This document shows, in pieces, positions 1-10,603 of a stretch of DNA of 64,000 nt; within the stretch, counting starts at the first letter, position 1, and every line of letters begins with the position of its first letter. Source of the stretch: Salisapilia sapeloensis CBS 127946. Lineage: Eukaryota; Protista; Oomycota. Made by a program: the position numbers and the translations under genes. The DNA is taken from the NCBI GenBank assembly GCA_023334545.1, contig JAADVB010000054.1, forward strand, positions 1-64,000, read 5' to 3'. Below the pieces are notes generated by a model. It made no database searches, was not told the DNA's origin, and was given only the letters and a program-made list of their open reading frames with translations.

Positions 1-294
1 CATTTTTGTTTTGCTCCGGCAAGCATCTACCCTTTCCTCGCCGCCGTGCCATGCGCCACAAGTGGCCACGCCACATAGGCATGCTTTATTTATAGCCCTT
101 TAGCTTCTTTTTACTTTAATGGATCCCGTACACAAAGGTAGGTCCTTTTGGTGGATAGCTGTAATTAGCGCTGTCTAATCTTACTCGAACTTGCAGCGTA
201 TGTTTACGCTCTATACAAACATTAACATCTTGCGCTGATTAATTCGACCCCATTTTCCCACCAAGCACCAGATCCGCGTCAAGTGACAACGAAT

Positions 295-1666
295 ATGACG
301 CTTTCAGTCGCAACCGCCCAAGCACAGCTCGACAAGCGCGTGAACAATGCTCAGAACCTTGGCATCCGCACCGTGACTATTTGCGGCGGTGGCAACGGTG
401 CCCATGTTTCTGCAGGATACCTCGCAGCCGCAGGACTCAAGGTGAACGTACTCACGCGTCAGCCGGAGCGGTGGGGAGAGACGATTGACATCACGACCAA
501 AGGTAGCAGTTGGGAGTACAAGGGTGATATCAGCGGCCACTTGCACCTCGTATCGAAGAGCCCGAAAAGTGTCATCCCGGAAGCTGACGTGGTGATCGTC
601 GCTGCCCCCGCTAATGCGCATCCGGCCCTTTTGGCCAGCATTGCTCCATACCTCAAGCAAGGTGTCCACGTCGGTGCATTATTCGCTCAAGGTGGCTTCG
701 ACTGGGCAGCGAAGAAAGCTCTTGGCACCAACTTTGACCGTGTCGACATGCTCTTTGGTCTGCAGAACATCCCATGGATTTGCAAAGCCTACGAATACGG
801 GTATTCACTTCCTTTCTACCTACTGTATTTGCTCTGTATTAACGTCTACTGTCTACAGCCACAAGGCACGTATCATTGGCCCCAAGCAAAGTCTGTACGT
901 GGCTTGCTACCCCGTGGAGCGTAAGCTGGACGCCGCAAACCTCATGACCGCCCTCTTCGACATTCCGTGTGAAACGGTCGCCAACTTCCTCAACCTGACG
1001 CTAACTCCGTCGAACCAGATCATCCATCCTGCTCGTTACTTTGCCATCTTTAGCGATTGGGACGGCAAGAAAGCGTATACGATGCAAGAGCTAAAGGAAC
1101 GTCGAGGTCTGACGCTGTACGCGGACTTTGACGAGTGTGCTGCGGAGCAGCTGGCTATGCTGGACAATGAGTTGCAGCAGGTGAAGCTCGCTTTGCTGCA
1201 GCGTTTCCCAGCGCTAGATCTGTCGGACGTGCTACCTATTGGTCCTCGTGTCGTGAAGCAATACGGAAAGGATGTGGCCGATCGATCATCTCTTCGTCAG
1301 ATCTTCGCGACGAACCTCGGCTATGCCGGAGTCGCGACGCCGTTAAAGCAAGTGGGTGACGGCAAAGTCCAGCCGGCGACGGAAAGCCGTTTGTTCTGGG
1401 AAGACATTCCGTACGGTCTGTGCATTCTAAAGAACATGGCGGAGATGCTAGGTAATTTCCCGACACCAGCGATTGACTTTATGATCCGCTGGCATCAGCA
1501 ATTCATGGGTGTCGAGTTCCTCAACGCTGATGGACAATTGAACGCGAGAGAATTGTACCGCACGGGTGCTCCGAACAAGTATGGTATCCATGGATTGGAA
1601 GATCTCGTGTCTACGAGTCTCCCAAAGGAGATGCAAGGATATCGTCACCCTCGTTCCCGTATCTAG
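295..1666 (+). CDS. NAD(P)-dependent opine dehydrogenase (octopine/tauropine dehydrogenase family), 2 exons
   Basis: ATG at 295; Rossmann motif TVTICGGGNGAH; intron 801-858 (GT..AG, 58 nt) joins YEYG to HKARIIGPK in frame; C-terminal octopine-DH-type motif RLFWEDIPYGL and TPAIDFMIRWHQ. Confidence 0.85.
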
Positions 1667-1717
1667 ACTTTCGAGAATAGATGTCAACAGGACGCTTTTG
1701 TCGGTCTTTTGTTTGTA

Positions 1718-3576
1718 CTAGTGAAAGAAATGAGGAAGCGTGTGGTAGGAAGCTTGTCGGAGTAACTCTACTTGCTTGGTCACTTGTCGATCGGAGCTGC
1801 AATTGACCTACAGGATGTTGTTAATTGGAGACAAGTGACGTGGGGATAGAGAAGCGTACTGTTGGGATGATACGAGTAGGTTTAAAGGCTTTTAAAAAGT
1901 CGCATAGTTCAGAGAAACTCGAGTGTTCACTGTATGGAATGCCATACACCTTGATGTTCCCCGTGGCATCCGAGCGACATGTGGACATGCCTCCGTTGTT
2001 ATTAAATGTCCATCCAGTGGGACGAAAGGCAACGATCTGTCGATACACTAGTCTCTTTTCCGTCATCATTGCCATGAGTTTATCCATTGCTAGGTCTTGC
2101 ATCGGCACGACTTGAAAGCTACTTGTATCGTCAGTAGAATGAAAGTGGAAGTATCATAAGAAGAGAATACTTGGTCATCGTTTCTGTCGTGAGGTATTGA
2201 AGATCCTGTGGAGACCACTGACAAGCTTGTAAAATCTTAAGCTTACGTTTAGACACAGAGACCTTTTGATTGTATTTCTTGGCAACTTCCATGAACAAAC
2301 GTTCTTTGCCGATGGTGTAGGAACCAAAGAGGAAGAGGATTTTGTGGATCGGATGATGCTCTAGATGCTGGTCAATTAAAGAGACCGTGTGACGTATCGA
2401 TGCTTCCTGAGTCGGGAAGGTGTATTTCGGATTCGCGTACGTCGTATCGAGATAGACTGTATCTAGTTGCTTCTCCTTTTTTGCGAATGGTTGCAAGCAA
2501 CTATACGTAAGCATAGACGGATGGTATCGAAAGTCACCAGTGTGCAGTATACTCTTTCCATTCGGTAGTTGGAAGAGAATGAGCATTGCGCCTGGACAAT
2601 GGTTTGCATCTACAAACGTCACTTGGACGGAAGCAATCGTTGTTGGTGTGTTCATCGGGACAGGATGGACGTATTTTTCCTTCACACCAAGCTCTTGGAT
2701 CACCAAGTTGGCTGTCACTTGATTGCAGTAGATGATGCCAGCGTCAAAGCTCGGATAGAGACCACCATAGTGGTCTGCATGGAAGTGAGAGAGAAAGTAG
2801 ATGCTTGATAGACCAGGAGAAGCGTATTGGAAACCATCGACGACAAAAGGAGGACTTGTACCCTGGATAACCTTAAATGCAGGACAAGCTCGTGGCGTTC
2901 TCTTGTTGTTGTCGTCATTCGAGCGATAGGAAGATGGGAACTTGCGCTTGCGATAGGCTGGCTGCATACTGTTCGACGAGTTGAACTGGATGGCCTGTGT
3001 TTTCGAGCTCTTCATCATGACTTTAAAGGCATCGCTTCCGGGTGGATGCTGGACGATGGATGTCTGCTTGGATGAAGACGTCTGCATCATGACAGAGAAT
3101 GCATTCGATGGTGTTTTGGCATCTACGCTGGTGCTTTCTGCTTGTTCGGATGATTTCTCTTCCGTATGTGTATCTAGATCCTGTGGAGTGATGCCATGAC
3201 GTTGGCCACATTGCTTGGTATGGCGTATACGAGCCGCTAGACTCATGTCCTGGAGCTCAATGCCGCATATTTTACATGGGCATTGAATAACCTTCGTGTC
3301 CTGTGTGTCCTGCAATGGTACAATTGGTTCCAATTGATCGATGCAACGATTAACATGCACGGAACGTCTTTGCTCATTGTATTCGGTCAAGTCTTTAGCA
3401 CAAGTTGGGCAGTGGAATACTTCCTGTTGTTCTTGCTGGTCAAGACATGCATTTAAGTGTATCAGACGGTCCTGTAATGTCCAATCGGTCAAGTTGCGTG
3501 AACAGACTTCACATGAGACTTTTGTCACTGTTGGGATTGATGGAGCTTTCTGTGTCGGCTCGAGCTCGTCCTCCAT
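1718..3576 (-). CDS. SNM1: DNA cross-link repair metallo-beta-lactamase/beta-CASP nuclease (SNM1A/PSO2-like), 3 exons
   Basis: Motifs FLSHFHADHYGGL, DANHCPGA, HTGDFR, LYLDTTY-like VYLDTTY, PYSEHSSFSEL and IIPTVN (completed by splicing). Introns 2119-2170 and 1808-1859 (52 nt each). Three N-terminal CxxC...HxNxC zinc-finger-like repeats. Confidence 0.9.
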
Positions 3577-4410
3577 AGCAATACTTTGCACTTTTATAAG
3601 ATTAGCTCAGTGATAATCGTTCCTTAAATCCGTTTGGTCGGGCGAGGAGCATGATCATGCATTTTGAAACGAATGCGAAATGGCCATTCTTGTGCGGAGG
3701 ATGGCGAAGAGGATTATATAGTTCGCATGAAAGGCTTGCAAGACATATTAATATAAAAGTACATGTACTCTTGTCTATTGTTTCGAAGAGCAGCATCTAC
3801 AAGGGCTGATACTTAAGGAGCTGACCGATTTCTATGAATGGTATTGGAATGGTAGAATAGAATGGTCAAGAAGGCAATGACATCTCGAGTATAAATCTAC
3901 TGTAGCGATAGCTATTGCTGTAGAAACACACTTTAGGAAGAGAAGGGATGCGAAGAGATAAATATACCGAGTGATGAGGTATAGTGATATGCATAAAGAG
4001 AAAATGGTAATCTGATCAGGCACGTTTAGCCTCAAGGTAGATGGAAATGAAAAGCTGCGAGAGGACCATTGCTATATCCGCAACATAGCAAGGCTGATAC
4101 TCTGTTCTACTTGCTGTTGCCAAGAGATAGGAAGTATAAGATCGACGTGCATACCATAGACTTCTTCAGCAGGCATGTACACATAGAGGTATACAATTGC
4201 AACGCAAATGTAAGCAACAGTTTTAATACCAAGTCATCCTTCACTTTCAATTTTCTAATCACAAGTACTGGTCGCTTTGCTCTACCTCTAGCAATCACCA
4301 GATACCCAGAAGCATCCTTCCAGACACCGATAAAGATCGGGCATACTTTACTCAAGTCAATAAGCTTGAAGGATCGAAAACGCGACTTTGTGATCACTAG
4401 AGACGCGAAC

Positions 4411-5733
4411 ATGACCAAGCATCTTCTCGTGCTTTCCACCGGCCAGCATGTCGGCAAAACGACTGTGAGTCTCGGACTCGTACGTGCACTACAATCTCGT
4501 TTCCAAGGCTCAGAGAAAAAGGTCGCGTACTGCAAACCTGTGGGTCAGCAGCACGTTCCAGTCGGTGACAACCTTCGTGTCGATAAAGACACGTATTTGT
4601 TCAAAGAGCACTTTGGTCTCGTGCATGACTACAACAACATGTCCCCCGTCCTCTTCCCGGACGGCTTCACACGTGACTTTATTGATGGTAAAGTCACGGA
4701 AGAAGAGCTTGCCGTCAAGATCGAACGAGCGCATAAAGAATTGTATGACCATAGCGATTTCCTCATCTGCGAAGGCACTGGACACACCGGTGTGGGCTCT
4801 ATCTGTGAGCTAAACAACGCTCAAGTCGCTTGTATGCATTTTTATTTATGATAGAATGATATATGGCTTATGTATTGTGTAGCGAGATTGGGCATGGACG
4901 TCGTATGTGTGGCGTTAGGTGGACTCGGCTCCTCATTTGATCAGCTCGCAATGAACCGTGAATTGCTGCAGAAACACAATGTACGATTGCGTGGCGTCAT
5001 CTTAAACAAAGTGAATCCGAAGAAGATGGATATGGTCCAGGTACGAGTCTTTCCTATGCTACATCTACATTCTTCCTAAATAGGTCTACAGGACTATTTC
5101 TCCCGAGCGTTAAAACGCTGGGACGTTCCTCTCGTCGGATGTATCCCAGAGCTCATGGATCTAGCCTGTCCGACGATTGCTGACTTTAGCAAGCTCCTTC
5201 ACTCGGAACTCATCTCTGGTACGCTTCACCCTATACATAAATGTAGTGGGAGACTAACAGATAGGACAGGTAAGGATGCCAAGTTACGATACTTTAAGAG
5301 CATTCGTCTCGCGCTGGCGCCAGTGGATCGAGACAATCTGTTCAAACCGATTCCGAACCAGCTCATCATCACTGTACTTTACGCCTCTCTTACTTGTGTG
5401 ATATGGTTTCTAATATAAAGATAGCATAGCGGACGAACGGATGTGATTGAAGCGATATTGGGCAACCAAGAGCAGTCGATCCCACAAGGGGTGAACCTTA
5501 AGCCAGGTCTCATCTTAACTGGTTGGAACCCGCCGACAGACGAACTGGCTAAGCGATTGGATGCAGACAATATCCCATGCATCTACGTCTCACCGGATAA
5601 AGCTGATAGCTACACTCTAACGGCTCGTGTGGCGAGTTTCACTGCTAAACTACGACGTGAAGATACAAAGCGATTGGACATGGCAGCGGATCACGTGTCT
5701 CGCCACTGTGACTTTCGATTCCTCGATGGATAA
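4411..5733 (+). CDS. Phosphotransacetylase N-terminal-like protein (BioD-like P-loop AAA_26 domain plus DRTGG domain) without the Pta catalytic domain, 5 exons
   Basis: P-loop STGQHVGKTTVSLGL, YCKPVGQ, LICEGTGH, RGVILNKV and DRTGG-like HSGRTDVIEAIL. Four GT-AG introns 4832-4882, 5041-5091, 5219-5269, 5374-5424 restore one frame. Confidence 0.75.
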
Positions 5734-5805
5734 TACAACGTATGTTTGGAATGGCCAGTTTATTGTTGGTAGAAAGCAATGTGGTCGTACGAGAGATCAT
5801 CATAC

Positions 5806-6614
5806 TTACGACGGAAGCGTCATTTTCTTGCCATGGTACTTGCTACGAAATCGTTAGTTTTTATATTTCATGTCGGAGAGAAGAGTAGAGATACCTGATG
5901 GCGTAATAGTAGAAAAAGTCAACGTAGAGAGCAGTTTGGACCATCCCGGCGATGAACATGAGCCAGATCATGTGGTACGTACGTTCCGTGGCGGCGCGGT
6001 AGATCCAGTTGAGGACGTAGCATCCGCGGTAGAGTCCGAGGAGGACGACGTAGTTACTGGTCAAGTTCTCTACTTCGCCATGACGCTGCAGTAGAATGAG
6101 CTGCGGGATGATAGCCACAGCCTCGAGGTAGATCGAGAACGTCCATAAGATCTATCGAAAAGCTAAGTTTCCATCATTCTTCCCGATAAATACCCGTCCT
6201 ACCTCGTATACTTCAAAGCGCTCGTTAAAGATGAGTGCAAGGACGGCACACGGAGCGACAGCGAACTTCCAATGGAGAAAAGCGTCGTGGGATCTGTCGT
6301 AACTGCTTCGGAATGGCTCCTTGTATCGAATGACGTAGACGATAGCACCGGAGAAGACGAGGAACAGGAGCTTCATGACTGAGTTGTAGATGCTCACAAA
6401 ATGTGTGAACAAATCCACGTATCTTGTAATGAAGACGAGGAAGAAGAGTTCCTGGGTTTTTAATGAAATTCCTATAACAGAGTTAGGATCGGATGGAAGA
6501 TTAGGACCATGATGGACGAGTACCAGCAGCAGATCGAGCACCGAGGAGTTGAAGTAGTAATACGAGGAAGCTTCCAAGGTGGGACATGTCCCCGACGAGC
6601 CGGAAGACATTCAT
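5806..6614 (-). CDS. ERD2: ER lumen protein-retaining (KDEL/HDEL) receptor, 4 exons
   Basis: Starts MNVFRLVGDMSHL; GISLKTQEL, RYVDLF, WTFSIYLEAVAIIPQL, LYVDFFYYY. Introns 6472-6523, 6152-6202, 5843-5894. Confidence 0.95.
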
Positions 6615-7189
6615 TGTGGGCTAAATGCTGGAGAATCCGGAGAAACGTGCCACTCAAGTGTTTGATCCCGAAAGAGTTTTTAAACGACACGTAGTCAGTG
6701 GCATTCTGTGGCTTACTTTTGGTTCTAATTTGGGTGCTGGTAGATCTTGAACAGGTGTATGCTTCGTTGTTGATGGAAATGGAAATCTAACTGGTCCTTG
6801 CAAAGTTGCATGGGTGTAGAAGAGGTCTGTGTGCATGGATTTTAGTTGCTACTTGCTAGTAGCTAGCGTTTACGTTCATCGTCTTTAACATTCCCATTCG
6901 TCGCCGCTTCCTAAATTAGTGCGAGTATGACTTCTGAAGCAAAGGTTGTTGGTTTCCATGCCTTTGCTTCGTGTTGTAGAAGTATCTACCTTTAAGGGTT
7001 CGTGAAAATAACCTAGAAAGATGCAAGTATGGCTTAGGATGCAGTGTATCATACAAGATAGTCAACACGGATGTAATTTCTATGATTGGCATGGACGGAC
7101 TAGAGCTAATCTACATGAAAACCAACGATGGTTACGCTGATATGAGCATAAAAGCAGACCTATAAGATGCATTTATTAACTCAAAGCGC

Positions 7190-10100
7190 CTAGATGATAT
7201 CATCCGCCATTATTTGATACTCTGCAGCTTCCTCCGGTCGGCCTATTGTCGACAAAAGCTTGCTGCACTGGAGGAGGAGGTTGCGTTTCTCCTGCAAATC
7301 CGTCATATCTTTCAGTGAGCTCTTGTACTCCATCAGAGCTTCTTCTGTAGAGTTTTGTGCTGCAAGGACATCACCGAGTGTTTTGCGAGTAAGTATGGAA
7401 TCCTGTGCTGCTAGTGAGCGACGAAGCAACCGTTCAGCTTGTGCGAAACGATCGATTGCCATGAACGCGTTACCCAGTTCACGAAGTAGCAGAGGATTTT
7501 CTAATCCACATCGCAGACCTTGGTCAACGAGATACTGTGCCTTGGCAACGAGCCTTTTAGTTTCTACTTCAGCTATGCGTTCTTGCTGCTCGAACGTATG
7601 TAGAGTCACGAGAGCAGTGTACCCCCATGCCTCTCCGTTTGTAGCATCGAGTCGAGTTGCTTTTGCCAATGATGCTAAAGATTCGTCCGCTTGATTCAAA
7701 CGATAGTATGAAATGCCAACACCAAGCCAGCATGATGCAAGCGAAAACTCTTCACAAGCTGCAGCGAAAACAGAATTCGCTTCTTGGAAGCGAGTGCTCT
7801 GCATCAAAAGCATTCCAAATTGCAAGTACAATTGGAGCTTAAACTTTTTACTTGGCAGTCGATCTCTCGATTCAAAGGCATGCTGATAGGCAGTAATTGC
7901 AGCCTCAAGTTGATTGCTTTCACCATCCGCGTGAAGATAAATTCTAGCTAGACCCATCCAAACGAGCGGATGCTCTGCATCCATGGAACTTGCACTCTCT
8001 AGATATGTTTTAGCTGTTTTGACATCTTGAAGCTGCACGATGGAAACATTAGCGCGTAGAATAAGTTCACTCACACTCTCTTGCGTCGACAGCATATCTC
8101 CTGTCGCTCGAGATTGTTCGTCTAATTTGAAGATGGCTTGCATTATTTTATAGAGTGATAGCTCTTGAGCATACTCTGCGAGGATAATCCAGACTGAGGT
8201 GATGCTTGCACTCAAGTACGCAACGCCTCCCTCCGTTCGTAAGATTTTTCGGGCAGTAAGAAGTTCGACAAGAGTCAGGTTACCAGTCTGATCGACTTCA
8301 AAGTAAGAGTAGTAAAAGCCAAGCAAGGCGTGCGCTAGAACACGATCCTTGAAAGTAGTGGCATTCGAAGTAGTAAGGATATGAGTACAAGCTTGCTTGA
8401 CCATCTCTTCTGCCTGACTCTTGCTACCTTGATGGCATAACAGCGCTGCGAAAGCCAGAAGAGTTTTGGTGTCTTTCGGATTAAAGCTCAAGCAACGGCG
8501 TAGATTAGCCGCAGCTTTCTCGATATCTCCCTGAGTAAAGGCAAAGATGGCATAGTTATACCAGGCATTAACCAGTTGCTCGGTACAAAACACTTGAGTC
8601 TTTTTGTCCGTTTCACTACATGACAATGCCAAGTCCTCAGCGTGAGAGGTTCGGTCAATGTGCAGCCACTCGCTCTTAGCAATATGGCCAGTCACTTCAT
8701 TTTCTAGCGCTTGCATGCAAAGAATAGATAATGTACGTTCAAAGACTTGAAGACTGCTTTCTGACTGGGTCTCAGAGACATTCGTCTCTTGAACCCCAAG
8801 TACCACTTGACGAATCTGGTCATTTACTTCTTCCGTTAAGACTTTGTACAGCTCCGCAAAATGAGCACTTTGTTCAGGAGATTGAGGTTCTTCTTCATCA
8901 TTTTGAACACTCTCAGTTTCGCTTATCTTTGGCATATACTCACGAATGACAGGAATGACACGGTATTTAAGCGCTTCTTTGAATTGCTGATACGAGCCGT
9001 CTGAGTTCAATTGAAAGATCAAATGTGATCGCCGCTCTTGCTCACTTTTATCATTGCTACACTCCATATACTTTTCGAATAGGGAACGAATTGTTAATCG
9101 AAGTTCCTTGCGTAGTTCATTTTTTGGATCCCATTGCTGTTCTCGCTCTCGGTCCAAATTGCGTACGTTAACAAGAGCTTCTATGCTCTTAGAAGGAGCA
9201 ACAAGTGGTGCTGGATATGATGGAACGATTGGAGTACCCACTATCTCTAAAACAATTTCCATCCTGGTTGATTCTTGTTCTATCGATTGCGAAATCTCTT
9301 GAATACGCTCGACAATCGTCGTGTATTCTGCAATAGCTGCCTGCAACTTTTTCTTTTCGTCTGCAGCTGTAGCTCCAGCTAACTCTGTCTCCAGTGATTC
9401 CTTTGAGCGAAATTCAAGCGGTCCCAATGAAGATTTTGCCGTAAAGACTTGAATACCAGGCTTGACTAGTTCTTGGATATCAAATTCAACAGCTGAAGTT
9501 ACCACCTCTGTGATTTTGGTAGCACTTGATACCCGCCGCTGAAGTTGACCGGGAAGCCGCTTGTAGACGGTGATGTAGTCTACTAGCTGCGGTTTTTGAT
9601 GCTGTTTAACAATTAGTTTATGATTCTTTAACTCTTTGCTATCATCGAAACAATACCGATAGGAAGATGACTCGAGCTACTTGGTTACTTGGAAATTCTA
9701 CTTGCCAGGTTCCCGTGCGGAGGACAGTTTGAGGTGCTTCTTCATCTTGGTCATTATTTTCCAATTCTGGTGTACTCTCCTCTGTCTGAGCTTCCACCAC
9801 ATATTTGAGTTTACCCCCTTTCATAGCTACCGGTGTAGTTTCGTTAGCGGAGTTAGCTCTTGGCAGCGATAATTCGAGGTCGTAGGTTGCAGCATTAACG
9901 TCGGAGTCCACAAGAGTTCGAAGGGCATTATCATCATCCTCGTCGCTTCCAAGTTGCCATTTGGGTGGGATCTGATGAATGGCAATGTTTTTGAGGTACA
10001 GTACCCTCATACCAACGACATAGCTCGACAGGTTCATATCGATCTTTGCTTGAACGTCCATAGAAACAGTACCTTTACGAACAACTTCCTCTGAATCGGA

Positions 10101-10523
10101 TACAGTAGACTCTACCGGGAAGGAGATGGATATTTGTCTTTCTCGATGCAAGAGCAAGTCTAGTAACGATATCTTTTCCGACCCGAGACAAGCATCCGTT
10201 TCCATCGAATGGTCATTTCCTGTGTAGATGGACACTTGGATGCTCGAGTCTGCGAGAGCAGTCACCGTGTCTTCATTTAAATCAATTCCTTTAGACCTCT
10301 GGTCATACTCTAGTTCGACTCCTTCCGAGCTCAAGTCTACGATACTACTCTTGCTGTGATCGTCCGTAGATGGAAACCACCAGTCACTCAGTTCAGTCGA
10401 TTCGTTATTCGATTCCCACTGCACGCATGCCCATACTGGTAATTGATGTTCATCACCACCTTCTCCTTCTTTATGCCATTGAGCACGATCGATGCGTATA
10501 GCGATGCTCCCTTGCTGACTCAT
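7190..10523 (-). CDS. CFAP70: CFAP70/TTC18-like ciliary protein (C2-like N-terminus, TPR repeats), 2 exons
   Basis: Intron 9602-9656 (55 nt) joins the 293-aa and 771-aa ORFs in frame. Multiple TPR-like helical repeats ([30 protein letters not shown]) and the segment [20 protein letters not shown], which resembles a conserved CFAP70 segment. Confidence 0.7.
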
Positions 10524-10603
10524 GTTCGGAAGGCCCGTGCCAAGTACGACTCGAAACGACTATTGAAGATCGAAATGTAAAACGTCCAAGCAGCAAAACC
10601 ACC

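Noticed and set aside
4200-4344. Spliced minus-strand frame with an in-frame TGA (MPDLYRCLEGCFW-KIESEG-TGA-LGIK...), considered as a selenoprotein
   Set aside because: No redox motif around the TGA, no SECIS recognised, and further stops downstream.
4069-4410. N-terminal extension of the Pta-like ORF called from an alternative start codon
   Set aside because: First ATG is 4411, right before the P-loop strand; an Inr-like element at 4241-4254 indicates promoter or UTR.
6615-7189. Possible small gene in the ERD2-CFAP70 spacer
   Set aside because: Only short ORFs without motifs or a coherent splice model.
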